DNA of 63,496 nucleotides, the filler included, from Octopus bimaculoides (Eukaryota): the NCBI RefSeq assembly GCF_001194135.2. It is 5 parts of 5 records of this genome, joined end to end, with 100 filler letters (N's around TTAATTAATTAA, not from the genome) between each part and the next. Parts side by side here need not be neighbours in the genome. Positions count along the whole stretch, not along the records: positions 18,024 to 39,899 come from NC_068982.1; positions 40,000 to 56,912 come from NC_068997.1; 3 more parts are not named here. One strand, written 5' to 3'. Positions within the stretch are counted from its first letter, which is position 1. Every line of letters begins with the position of its first letter. The notes beneath the pieces are model-generated. The model ran no database searches and was not told the DNA's origin. It saw only the letters and a list, made by a program, of their open reading frames with translations. Below are positions 37,572-49,170 of this stretch, in pieces. Both the position numbers and the translations under genes were made by a program.

Positions 37572-38039
37572 AAATATATTATACAGTTTAAAATTGTAAA
37601 GAAGATAATATCATTCAAAAATATAAAATATAAATCACCGTTTAAAGGAAAAATTGTTGAATGTTAGAAAAATATCGATAAACGCAATAACTATTTTAAT
37701 GATGATAACAAAGCGACAATGACGATCAAGATTTTGAAGATGATAACGGTGAAATTCAAGACAGGAAACATCTGATTCAACAAACATTATCGACCAGCTG
37801 GAAGCGGAAAACTTGAATATATTTAAGCTAAACAGTAAATATTAAGAAGTAGTTTTGTCGATTACATATCTCTTAGTATGCGTTTAATGCATGTAATAAC
37901 TACATTCAATGAGGTATTTTTATTGTTTTTTATTCTGTTAAAAATATTCACCTAATAAATCGGTATTCGATATAATCTTGCTACATTAATTTATTGAAAT
38001 TCTTCGTAGAAAGGAAGACTGAGAAATTGATAACTGAGA

Positions 38040-38130
<91 letters not shown>

Positions 38131-38160
38131 CAGACAGACAGACAGACAGACAGACAGGCA
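38040..38160. repeat. Compound (TA)n(GA)n(GACA)n microsatellite
   Basis: Direct reading. Confidence 0.97.
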
Positions 38161-38340
38161 GAGATTATCAACATCATTCTTCCATGTGATCGGCTTGAAA
38201 AATTAAGATACTTTCTTAACATGAAACCAATGATAGCATTAACACACAAATAATGAAATTTTATCCACCAATACTGTGCCGAGCACTCATTCTCATTTTT
38301 TGATATTTACGTGTGTATGTATATATATGTGTGTGTGTGT

Positions 38341-38390
<50 letters not shown>

Positions 38391-38580
38391 ACACACACAC
38401 ACAAATCACAAGCGCGATGGTCCTGCGCAGTATAAACAAATTATACTCATAACTCATTAGTGAACTCTGAGGAAAGTAGAAAAAACTTGCTCGACATGTT
38501 TTCCAATGAAATCAAACATGGAACCATGGAGTTAAGAAGCGAACTTTTTAAACACACAACTGTACTTGCGCTATATGTTT

Positions 38581-38622
<42 letters not shown>

Positions 38623-38675
38623 CACACACATATATATACACATATATATATATACACATATATATATATACACAC

Positions 38676-38727
<52 letters not shown>

Positions 38728-38984
38728 NNNNNNNNNNNNNNNNNNNNNNNNNNNNNNNNNNNNNNNNNNNNNNNNNNNNNNNNNNNNNNNNNNNNNNNNN
38801 NNNNNNNNNNNNNNNNNNNNNNNNNNNNNNNNNNNNNNNNNNNNNNNNNNNNNNNNNNNNNNNNNNNNNNNNNNNNNNNNNNNNNNNNNNNNNNNNNNNN
38901 NNNNNNNNNNNNNNNNNNNNNNNNNNNNNNNNNNNNNNNNNNNNNNNNNNNNNNNNGGGATATAGGGATCATTACGACTGTGTA

Positions 38985-39031
<47 letters not shown>

Positions 39032-39250
39032 ATATACGTATGTATGTATGTATGTATGTATGTATGTATGTATGTATGTGTGTATGTATGCGCAAATAAA
39101 GACAATACGTGAGAACTGGAGATGTTCAATGTAGAACACACATCGTAGTGCTCAAAAGGATTTGAACTTTAACTCTGAAGAGTGGCGATAAGAGAAATTC
39201 AAATTGAGCTGATATCGAAGTAGTAAAGGAGATTAACAAAGTTAAGCTTC

Positions 39251-39824
39251 GTATTTACAGGGAACACAAAAACTACAGAATGAAATATGAAGAAAATATA
39301 TAATTTCTTAACTCGACAGCTGTTTCGGGAAGAACAGAATGACGTAATAATCATACTAATCGTAATTTGCTGATGAAATATGCAACAAGTCATGCGTGTG
39401 TAACCGGTAATCAGTCACATAGCGATACAAGTTCGGCTCCTCTCTTCAGGTGAAGATTGACAAATGTGATTCTTATAGTAGTCTTAGTAAAAATATAAAC
39501 AGTTAAAGAGAGAGAGGAATCAAAACGAGGTGAGGGATTACCTAAAGATGAAGGAGAACGTCTAGAACATAAGAAGAAAGGAAGAAGGATAGAAGAAAGG
39601 AAGAAGGATAGAAGAAGGATAGAATGAAAGAAACAGAAAAAAGAGAAAATAAAGTTAAAATCAGCCTAACGAGTCTTTAAGTTTCTTTTCGCCCTTTCTC
39701 TATCATTATGATTGGTATATAACTCTGGTCCTCTTAAAACAGCTGTCGAATTAAGAAATTACATATTTTCTTCATATTTTATTCTTTACTTTCATTCGGT
39801 AGTTTTTGCGCTCCATGTAAATAC
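39251..39824. repeat. Long inverted repeat (arms 39251-39325 and 39737-39824, about 410-bp spacer)
   Basis: GTATTTACAGGGAACACAAAAACTACAGAATGAAA..TATGAAGAAAATATATAATTTCTTAACTCGACAGCTGTTT matches the reverse complement of the right arm with a 13-bp indel. Confidence 0.85.
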
Positions 39825-39899
39825 ATTGATACCATGCCTGTATTTATTTCCATTACTAGCTTTCTCTCTATCTCTCTCTCCCTCTCTCTCACTATATAT

Positions 39900-39999
39900 N
39901 NNNNNNNNNNNNNNNNNNNNNNNNNNNNNNNNNNNNNNNNNNNTTAATTAATTAANNNNNNNNNNNNNNNNNNNNNNNNNNNNNNNNNNNNNNNNNNNN
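39900..39999. other. Artificial 100-bp scaffold linker
   Basis: 44 N + TTAATTAATTAA (39944-39955) + 44 N. Confidence 0.95.
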
Positions 40000-40185
40000 A
40001 CGTAAAAGCACCCACTACACTCTCTGAGTGGTTGGCGTTAGGAAGGGCATCCAGCTGTAGAAACTCTGCCAAATCAGACTGGAGCCTGGTGTTGCCATCC
40101 GGTTTCACCAGTCCTCAGTCAAATCGTCCAACCCATGCTAGCATGGAAAGCGGACGTTAAACGATGATGATGATGATGATGATAC
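40000..40185 (+). mobile_element. Family E retroposon 3' end with (GAT)n tail
   Basis: ACGTAAAAGCACCCACTACAC..CCAACCCATGCTAGCATGGAAAGCGGACGTTAAACGATGATGATG. Confidence 0.9.
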
Positions 40186-40700
40186 ATATATATGTATGTA
40201 TTTGTGCATATATATGTATCTATTTGGTTATTTATACATGTGTTTTTGCATATAAATATATATATATGCATGTATTTGTGTGTGTGTATACATTTGTGTG
40301 TGTGTATACATTTGTGTGTGTTAGTGTGCATACACGTATATATATATATATATAAATGTGTGTATATCTATGTATATATGTGTGCATATATATAAGTATA
40401 TAAGTGTATCTATATATGTATACCTCATTGTGTATATATATATGTGTATACATATATATATATATACACACACATACACACACATATTTATGCACATATG
40501 AATATATACATGTTTGTATATATATTTATGCACATATATCTACACATGTATATGTGTGCATGTATGTGTATGTGAGTGTGTATATGCATGTATTTATATA
40601 TACATGTAGTTGTGTGTTTACAAGCATGTGCTTATATGTATGAAAGTGTGCGTGTGTGTGTGTGTATACATACACACAAATAGCATTAATACATTATATG

Positions 40701-40763
40701 CAATGCATATATAGCATTTCTATATACACTGTCTAAACACACATAGATACGAAAAATTAGATC

Positions 40764-40794
<31 letters not shown>

Positions 40795-40982
40795 GCATGC
40801 ACACGCACACACACACATATAAATATTAGGATATACATACACTGACACACACAAGCCGACATATACAAGAGACAAAAAGTAGTTGAGTATCCTTGGGTGG
40901 TTCAATATAGTTCTAAAAAAATTTCTATAATTTTCATTTGTGGCAAAGAACAGAAATATCTGAATAGAATCATATGTCTGCT

Positions 40983-41038
<56 letters not shown>

Positions 41039-41160
41039 CAACAAAGATGTATAGAATATGACAAGGTGCTTCATTTTAAGGACTTAATTCAACTGAATCT
41101 AGATTATATATAAACTTGTATACCCATATGTACATATATGCCTACATGAATATGTATGTA
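40701..41160 (+). repeat. Local segment duplicated at 43151-44130
   Basis: Shared blocks such as ACAAGAGACAAAAAGTAGTTGAGTATCCTTGGGTGGTTCAATATAGTTCTAAA and AACAAAGATGTATAGAAT..AATTCAACTGAATC, in the same order. Confidence 0.92.
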
Positions 41161-41209
41161 TGTATGTATGTATATATACATAGTCACACATGCAATGTTA
41201 ATGCATGTA

Positions 41210-41400
41210 GGCACAGGCGTAGCTGAGTGGTAAGAAGCTTGCTTCTCAGTTATATGATTCTGGGTTCGATTCCACTATGTGGCACCCTGAGCAAGTGTTT
41301 TCTGTTATAGCCCTGGAACAGCCAAATCCTTCTGAGTGGATTGAGTGGATTCAATAGATGGAAACAAAGAGCAATGCATTGTGTGTGCGTGTGTGTGTCC
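41210..41400 (+). mobile_element. SINE family B 5' half
   Basis: GCACAGGCGTAGCTGAGTGGTAAGAAGCTTGCTTCTC..GGGTTCGATTCCACTATGTGGCACCCTGAGCAAGTG. Confidence 0.85.
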
Positions 41401-41699
41401 TGGGTATGACTTTAAAGTACCTCTGGTAGTGAGGCCCTGGTATGGGATTTCTAAGCATTTGAAGAGTGTGAATTGCTTCTTAATCACTGTTATTTTCAGG
41501 TCTACTCTGACACAAAGTAGTAGCATCTCTTACAATCCCAGCTATGAGTTAACTAGCATGCCAACAAAGCCCTGCCTTATCTTCCTTCCTTCAGCAAATC
41601 CAGAACAGTGTCTGTTTCAGCATCTTGTGGCTTCCCTGGTCACACACCCTTTGCATCTGTCCATCTTTCAGCAGCAAGCCATGTGTTTTGTGCTGCTAT

Positions 41700-42200
41700 T
41701 AGCTACAACAGGACAAAGCCAAGTGGGCTGGCTGTAAAGGCACCCCACATCATGCAGTGGATGTAGCAGCTTGTACCCAACACCAGTCCTGCATCTTGCC
41801 ACTGGACCAGTTGCGAATAAGTCTATCTAATTAAGTGGTGGAGGATTGTGCACCTTCTCATCACTGGAGACACATCTTTGCACAGATTTCAATCGATCCC
41901 TCCATTTAAAAAATGGTTCTCAAATCTCTTGGCAATGAGCAGTTGGTGATGGAGGCAAGCATCTATGACAGTGGAACCGACTGGCTTGAAGCTTTCATGA
42001 TGGCATCATGGGTGAGATGGTCACTGAAGTTTCTGCCTCAGAATAACAGGCTTTCTTGGTCCTGCTCATGTGTCTGGGCAGCTCTATATAGGGAAGGCAC
42101 TGTCTACCTCAATCTAGTGAACAGTCTAGGAAAGGTGGCCTAAACAAAGCTTGCCTTGTTCTAACTAGTCAAGTATCTGCACCTGACTGGTCACCCTTCT
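41700..42200 (-). mobile_element. Possible decayed Tc1/mariner-superfamily (maT/DD37D-like) transposase relic
   Basis: Minus-strand frames give VSSDEKVHN (41854-41865 region) and, about 33 codons later after a frameshift, HP/CMMWGAFTAS (41727-41753); this spacing resembles FSDEK..HPASVMVW. No TIR found. Confidence 0.4.
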
Positions 42201-42607
42201 CATGCAATCAAAACTTCAAGTAACTGCCAGTTTCTTCCTAGAATGTCAGAACCTTACTTGATCTTCCTTACTCAGATCAACCACATCAAAGAACTATTCT
42301 GGTTGCAGCCAAGCTGAAATGCCACAATGTAAAAAAGAATATATATATATGTGTGTGTGTGTGCATATATGTCCACCTTTGTCTTGGCATCATGTGCTGA
42401 TTTTAAATCAGCATCACTATGAAAAACATGTCTGGCCATGGTGAAGTATCATCTTGCTTGGAAGATGACAGGAGAGGCATTTTAGCATAAAAAATCTATC
42501 TCAGTAAACTCATCTCCCTTGCAAGCATGGAAAAGCGGATGTTATGATGAGAGTGCATGTGTGTATATGTATTTATGTGTGTGTTTATGTATGCATGTAC
42601 GTATGTA

Positions 42608-43138
42608 CGAGGTAGTATCAAAAAGTTCCCACACTAGTTCTGTAACATGCCAACAGATGGCAGCACACAGTTGATTACACAATGAGAGCTAGAAGTAACC
42701 TTCATGAGGCAGTGTACCAGGTGACATTGCTGTATTTACTTTGAACGTTGTGAAATTTGTGGTTTTGTGATCAAACATGTGCTGTAGTCTGTGATTTTTG
42801 CCATAGACAGGAAGTTAGAACAAAGATCCAATGTGAAATCTTGCTTTAAGCTTGGGAAGTCTGTTACATAGACATTGAGCATGCTTCAGTAAGCTTACTG
42901 CAATGAGGCACTGGGTCGTACACGATGTTTCAAGTGGCATGGGCACTTCAGAAGTGGACGAACTTCACTGGAAGTGAATGAGTGATCCGAAAGATTTGGA
43001 AGACAAGCATCACCCCCAGAAATGTGGAGAAAATTCATTAGCTTGTGCATGAGGATTATTGGAGGAAGATCAATGACAATTTGAAGCATTTGAGGGAGGA
43101 CTCTCAAATTTGAAGCATTTGAAAGTGACTGGATCTGT
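42608..43138 (+). mobile_element. Mariner transposon left end and N-terminal transposase (pseudogene, internal deletion)
   Basis: TA|CGAGGTAGTATCAAAAAGTTCC TIR; from 42803 (ATA)DRKLEQRSNVKSCFKLGKSVT*TLSMLQ*AYCNEALGRTRCFKWHGHFRSGRTSLE; then LKHLRED and RK*LDL. Confidence 0.88.
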
Positions 43139-43192
43139 CACATTCAAAGACAATGCATATATAACATTTCTATATACATTGTATAAACACAC

Positions 43193-43464
43193 ATCATCAT
43201 CGTCGTTGTCGTTTAACGTCCACTTTCCATGCTAGCATGGGTTGGACGATTTGACAGGACTGGTAAAACCAGATGGCTACACCAGGCTTCAATCTGATTT
43301 GGCAGAGTTTCTACAGCTGGATGCCCTTCCTAACGCCAACCACTCAGAGTGTAGCGGGTGCTTTTTACGTGCCACTGGCATGAAAGCCAGTCAGGCGGTA
43401 CTGGCAACGGCCACGCTCAAAATGGTGTATTTTATGTGCCACCCACACAAGAGCCATTCCAGGG
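43193..43464 (-). mobile_element. Family E retroposon inserted into the second copy of the local duplication
   Basis: CATCATCATCGTCGTTGTCGTTTAACGTCCACTTTCCATGCTAGCATGGG..; absent from the 40701-41160 copy. Confidence 0.9.
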
Positions 43465-44174
43465 AGATAAGAAAAATTAGATCCACACACATGCACACAC
43501 ACACATAAAGTATTAGGATATACATACATTGACACGCACAAGCTGACATATACAAGAGACAAAAAGTAGTTGAGTATCCTTGGGTGGTTCAATATAGTTC
43601 TAAAGAAATTTCTATAATTTTCATTTGTGGCAAAGAACAGAAATATCTGAATAGAATCATATGTTTGCTTGTGTGTGCGTGTGTGTGTGTGTGTGTGTGC
43701 GTGTGTGTTTGTGTTTGTGTGCGTGTGTGTGTCTGTGTATGTGTGTATATACATATCTATACATATAATATATGCATGTGTATGTATGTATGTATGTTGT
43801 GGTGTATATATATAAATGTTCTCTACGTGGCTTGTGTGTTTTCTGTACTCTGGTTATTATTATTTTCTTGTCTATGTTTTGTTTGCAATGTCCTGTACCC
43901 AGATATGCACCTATATATACAGGTAGACGTAGGTATGCACATACCTGTACATATATATGCATATACTCATTTATTATTTGTTTTATATATATCTATATAT
44001 AACAAAGATGTATAGAATGTATAACAAGGTGTCTCAATTTAAGTACCTAATTCAACTGAATCAAGATTATATATATATACTTGTGTACCCATTTGTACAT
44101 ATATGCCCACATGAATATGTATGTATGTATATATACATACATATATGCATATATATATGCACACATATATACAT

Positions 44175-44325
44175 AAGCATTTGAAAGTGACTGGATCCAA
44201 CTTAGAGCTAAGAACTGGATTCTTCATGACAACAATGCACCCTGTTGCCCTGACTTGTGGGTTATTTGTCAAAAACAACATGGTATCACTTCTGCACTTG
44301 CTCTATTTATCAGGGAAAATGAGGA
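44175..44325 (+). mobile_element. Continuation of the mariner transposase (second catalytic-Asp region)
   Basis: RAKNWILHDNNAPC and FVKNNMVSLLHLLYLS correspond to WILHHDNAPAH..FLAKN..HPPYS. Confidence 0.75.
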
Positions 44326-44329
44326 GATG

Positions 44330-44544
44330 GTCATGGACAGTGTGTCATGGACAGTGTGTCATGGACAGTGTGTCATGGACAGTGTGTCATGGACAGTGTG
44401 TCATGGACAGTGTGTCATGGACAGTGTGTCATGGACAGTGTGTCATGGACAGTGTGTCATGGACAGTGTGTCATGGACAGTGTGTCATGGACAGTGTGTC
44501 ATGGACAGTGTGTCATGGACAGTGTGTCATGGACAGTGTGTCAT
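44330..44544. repeat. Perfect 14-bp minisatellite (GTCATGGACAGTGT) x about 15.4
   Basis: Direct reading; the unit contains TGTC-ATG-GACA. Confidence 0.98.
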
Positions 44545-46459
44545 TGAAAGATTGTCAGATCAGGGATAACAAGGGGTAAAACAACAGCAACAAATGTATC
44601 TAGTATGAACATCAATTTACTGTCAGATGTTTCAATTCTCTAAAAATACTTTATGGTATAAGTGAAATACAGCTGCTATTTCTAGCAAGCTGAATGATCG
44701 TGCAATGCTCTATCATTGTCTATGCCGTCTATGTGTATGTTTACATATGTCTATATATATAGACACGCACATGCACACACACACACACACACACATGTGA
44801 ACGTTTATTTTATACATATGTTTCTATATCTGTTTAATACTTCTCCTACCTCGCCTTTATGTGCCATTAGCAGAAATACCCCTGTTACCATTATTCAAAT
44901 TAGGTGTTTGATTCAGTAAGCCATTATATTGAAAAGGAAAACTACCAATATGGTAGTTAGTGTTTTCTTCTTAACAATTCATCTTTCATTTGTAGAAGAT
45001 TTACTTCTGGAGATGTAGTTGTGAGGTTTATGCATTGTTTAAATGTTAGATGAGGTGTTTGTTCATTATAGATTTTCTTTAAAACATTCATTTCCAATCA
45101 ATCAAGACATGATTTGTATTATTGAGTCAAGGAAACTTCTAAGCAATTGTTTGGATGACTAGAAATGGCAATCATTTCTCCATCAAATCACACTTCAGGT
45201 GGTCTTTAAAAAGGCAGAACCTGCCAGATAAAATAAGTAGAGATATGAAAGAAAAACAGGAAAGTCGCAATTGGATTGTCTGCTGGATAAGGTCCATGCA
45301 ACAATTTGTCTTGATTTTCTTCATACTGGGAGTCATCTGTGGATACTTTTAGGGAGCAGTAATGTGTTGTATCTTCTCAAATGTAACAGAGACATAAGTT
45401 AAAAGATTTCGACTGGGGATTGAAACTGGGTTCGCTTATTTCACATATTGGCTATTTCCTTTACAAGTCAATAACATTCCCCTTTGGTTGACATATTCTA
45501 ATTTTAAAAATCAATCCCCAAAGACCATGTGTTATTATTTTCATGTTCTATAGCATTCCAAACTTAGCTGTCACAGTTTCCACTTTAGTTGGCTACTCTA
45601 CACTATGGAGACTGTAAGCTCCCATTATGATAAATACAAGCCACAGCTTCAGAGTTACCATTATTGCAGAGAACGTCAGTTGTACAGAGTGACCTGATTC
45701 AAACACACAAACACGCAGAATGTTATTTCGGGAATTGGTCTAAAAGAAAATTAAAAAAAAAAGGTGACACATGGGAGTTGCTTAGACATAAACAAAAATA
45801 AGCATAGTGGAATAAATGTCATTTTTCTAATATTGAGAGCCAAAATAGTAAAATCTTACTTTCAAATGGGATTTAAGATTGAGGTCGATTTCTTCAAGAA
45901 CACAATAGTATATTCCAATATACTGACAATGTCTTCACATCTTCTTACACTTTTATCATCACTCCCATTTTAGCTTTTGGTAGTCACCTTTCTAACCAGC
46001 CTCTTACTGATTGTTATTGTTGTAGTTGTAGTTGTTGTTGTTATCAGTATTTTTGGCTTTTATGATGATATTTTTGTCATAACTATTTTTGACAATATTG
46101 TTATTCAACTTGGTGCTATTTTCCTTGCTTATGTTTTATCTGTTGTGTTATCTCATTGTGCTAGAATTTTTCTCCCTGAGGGAAATAGAGAGTAAACCAT
46201 ACAATGAATGGACTTGAACTTGGTAACTAGAAGTAAAGTATGAATTTCTTCATGATACAGTCTATGCTGCTAAATCTTTACTATTCAATATTACAGTAGA
46301 GAAGGAGAAGCATTTTAGTGTAGGTTTTTACAGCTGGAAATCGACAATGGCAGTGTTGAAGACAGGAGCTGAATAATGATGGGAAAGAAGTTTGGCAAAT
46401 TATGCAGAACAGAAGTTCGGCAATGGTTCACAGGGGGGAATGCGAAATAAGGGAGTGTT

Positions 46460-46497
<38 letters not shown>

Positions 46498-46580
46498 AAA
46501 TTTATTTATAAGGGTAGAAATTGATATTAATCAATTAAAACCAGTGGTGTAGCGTATTAAAACAATCCGATGATTAAAAT

Positions 46581-46718
46581 TATGTCACATACAAAAATAA
46601 GAGGAATGACCAGCAAAAGCGAGGACATATTTTTCGTGGTCAGATGATTCGGCATCTATTTCTAGCATATAGGAGTCCACTTTGGCTGGTCATTCCTCTT
46701 ATTTTTGTATGTGATATA
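46581..46718. mobile_element. 138-bp MITE-like fold-back element (30-bp perfect inverted repeats)
   Basis: TCACATACAAAAATAAGAGGAATGACCAGC (46585-46614) is the reverse complement of 46685-46714; 70-bp spacer; TA-rich ends. Confidence 0.75.
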
Positions 46719-46719
46719 T

Positions 46720-47040
46720 CATCATCATCATCATCATCGTTTAACGTCCGCTTTGCATGCTAGCATGGGTTGGACAATTTGACTGAGGACTGGTAAAACC
46801 GGATGGCAACACCAGGCTCCAATCTAATTTGGCAGAGTTTCTACAGCTGGATGCCCTTCCTAACGCCAACCACTCAGAGAGGGTAGTGGGTGCTTTTACG
46901 TGTCACCTGCACGAAAACGGCCACGCTCGAAATGGTGTCTTTTATGTGCCACCCGCACAAGCCAGTCCAGGGGCACTGGCAACGATCTCACTTAGCTTGC
47001 CGGGTCTTCTCACGCACAGCACATTTCCAAAGGTCTCGAA
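46720..47040 (-). mobile_element. Family E retroposon
   Basis: (CAT)n CGTTTAACGTCCGCTTTGCATGCTAGCATGGGTTGGAC..GGATGCCCTTCCTAACGCCAACCAC. Confidence 0.92.
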
Positions 47041-47251
47041 GCATGTTAGGTAAGTTGATGTATAAAAAATAATAAATACATTTGATACAAAAACTTCTCC
47101 TACATTTACATATAAAAAGGTCCAACTTACACAAATAGAAATGAGATCATTTCTATTCTGTGTTAGTCGGACCTTTTTATATATAAACCTATGTACATTT
47201 TTTGTATTAAATGTATTTAATATATTTTGTATATCGACATGCCTAACTTGC
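47041..47251. repeat. 211-bp imperfect palindrome (about 104-bp arms, 2-4 nt loop)
   Basis: Centre AATAGAAATGA-GA-TCATTTCTATT; TATAAAAAGGTCCAACT pairs with AGTCGGACCTTTTTATA; ends GCATGTTAGG / CCTAACTTGC. Confidence 0.9.
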
Positions 47252-47352
47252 TTGTCCTTACATTTACTCCTCTACCTGCCCTATACAGAGAATACCTGTC
47301 TCTAATCTATATATGTGTGTGTGTGTGTGTGTGTGTGCATGTGTGTGTGTGT

Positions 47353-48016
47353 GGCCATATTGCTCGAATGGCAGATGAATGCCTGTTGAAACAATTGTTT
47401 TAGGGTGAGCTTGCAGAGGGGAAACACTATTGGCATAAGCCTAAAAAGATGTTTAAGGACGGCATAAGGACTGCCATGAAGTCACTTGGAATGGATCCAG
47501 AAAACACAGAAAACCCTTACTTCGAATCGAGTTGGATGGCAAACAAAGGTGCGGAGTGGAGTGAAAGCATTTGAAGAGGCCAGGATGACGCACGTAAGAT
47601 TTGAAAGAGATCTAAGGAAGAATGTTACAAACGAGAAAGTGAATGGCAATGACCTTTTTGTGTGCACAGTTTGTGACAGACGATGCCTTTCTTTTGCGGG
47701 GCTCAAATCTCATTTGCGAACCCATGGAAAACGAACTTCCACCAGCTATTCTGCCTATATGTCTGTGCACACCTTTCAATGCAGTGTATGCCAGAGCGTT
47801 TGCAAATCTAACGGAGGCCTCAAAGGACATTTTAAGATCCACAAAAATCAGAGATTATCTGAAGCTCTTGATGGTCTAAATCAGACATGCAGTCTGTGTG
47901 GGTGTCTTTTCAAAACATTGTCTGATTTAAAAAGCCACATCAGATGCCATGATGGTTCTAAGGTGTAGGCACAGGAGGTGGTCAAAATCTGCATAGGGAG
48001 TAGACAACCACCACCA
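47353..48016 (+). mobile_element. 5'-truncated RTE (BovB-like) LINE 3' end with three C-terminal C2H2 zinc fingers
   Basis: GHIARMADECLLKQLF*GELAEGKHYWHKPKKMFKD, frameshift near 47510, then GWQTKVRSGVKAFEEAR, three CxxC-x12-H-x3-H fingers, stop at 47968, short 3' UTR ending ACAACCACCACCA. Confidence 0.88.
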
Positions 48017-48071
48017 TATGTATATGTATACATGTCCATATATGGATATCTGTATGTATATGTGTATGTAC

Positions 48072-48105
<34 letters not shown>

Positions 48106-48172
48106 ATATGTATATATGTGTGTGTGTGTGTGTATATGTATATATGTGTGTGTGTGTGTGTATATGTATATA

Positions 48173-48203
<31 letters not shown>

Positions 48204-48229
48204 GTATATATATGTGTATATATATGTGT

Positions 48230-48425
48230 GTGTGTGTCTGTGTCCCCCCCATCACTTGACAACCGATGTTGGTGTGTTTACATTCCCGTAACTTAGCAGT
48301 TCAGCAAAAGGGACCAAGAGAGTAAGTACCGGGGTTACAAAAAGAATAAGTACCTAGGATCGATTTGTTTGACTTAAGGTGGTGCTCCAGCATGGCCGCA
48401 GTCAAATGACTGAAACTAATAAAAG
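48230..48425 (+). mobile_element. SINE family B 3' half
   Basis: TGTGTCCCCCCATCACTTGACAACCGATG..GGTGCTCCAGCATGGCCGCAGTCAAATGACTGAAAC. Confidence 0.9.
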
Positions 48426-48949
48426 AATATATATATATATATAATCAGGAGCAAATATTCAGGATTGAATATTTATATAGATGCTAATATTACTATTTTT
48501 ATTGAAGGCAATATAGATGGTTGATAGTAACAGCATAATTAATATAGGCAGTTGCAGGCCTAAAATAGCATTATATAGCTATAAAATTAAGATTATATCA
48601 ATCAAAATAACACTGGAAACATTTGTAGCAGGTNNNNNNNNNNNNNNNNNNNNNNNNNNNNNNNNNNNNNNNNNNNNNNNNNNNNNNNNNNNNNNNNNNN
48701 NNNNNNNNNNNNNNNNNNNNNNNNNNNNNNNNNNNNNNNNNNNNNNNNNNNNNNNNNNNNNNNNNNNNNNNNNNNNNNNNNNNNNNNNNNNNNNNNNNNN
48801 NNNNNNNNNNNNNNNNNNNNNNNNNNNNNNNNNNNNNNNNNNNNNNNNNNNNNNNNNNNNNNNNNNNNNNNNNNNNNNNNNNNNNNNNNNNNNNNNNNNN
48901 NNNNNNNNNNNNNNNNNNNNNNNNNNNNNNNNNNNNNNNNNNNNNNTGT

Positions 48950-49170
48950 GTGTGTGTGTGTGTATGTTTGTGTGTCTGTGTTTGTCTCCCCAACATTGCT
49001 TGACAACAGATGCTGGTGTGTTTACCTCCCCGTAACTTAGCGGTTCGGCAAAAGAGACCGATAGAATAAATACTAGGCTTACAAAGAATAAGACCTGGGG
49101 GTCGATGTGCTCGACTAAAGGCGGTGCTCCAGCATGGCTGCAGTCAAATGACTGAAACAAGTAAAAGAGT
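48950..49170 (+). mobile_element. SINE family B 3' half
   Basis: Same 3' domain ending GACTGAAACAAGTAAAAGAG(TA)n. Confidence 0.92.

Noticed and set aside
44330-44544. Regular 14-bp repeats as a CRISPR array or a repeat protein (MDSVSWTVCHGQCV)
   Set aside because: There are no spacers and no cas genes, and the context is eukaryotic; the peptide repeat appears in all three frames because 14 is not a multiple of 3.
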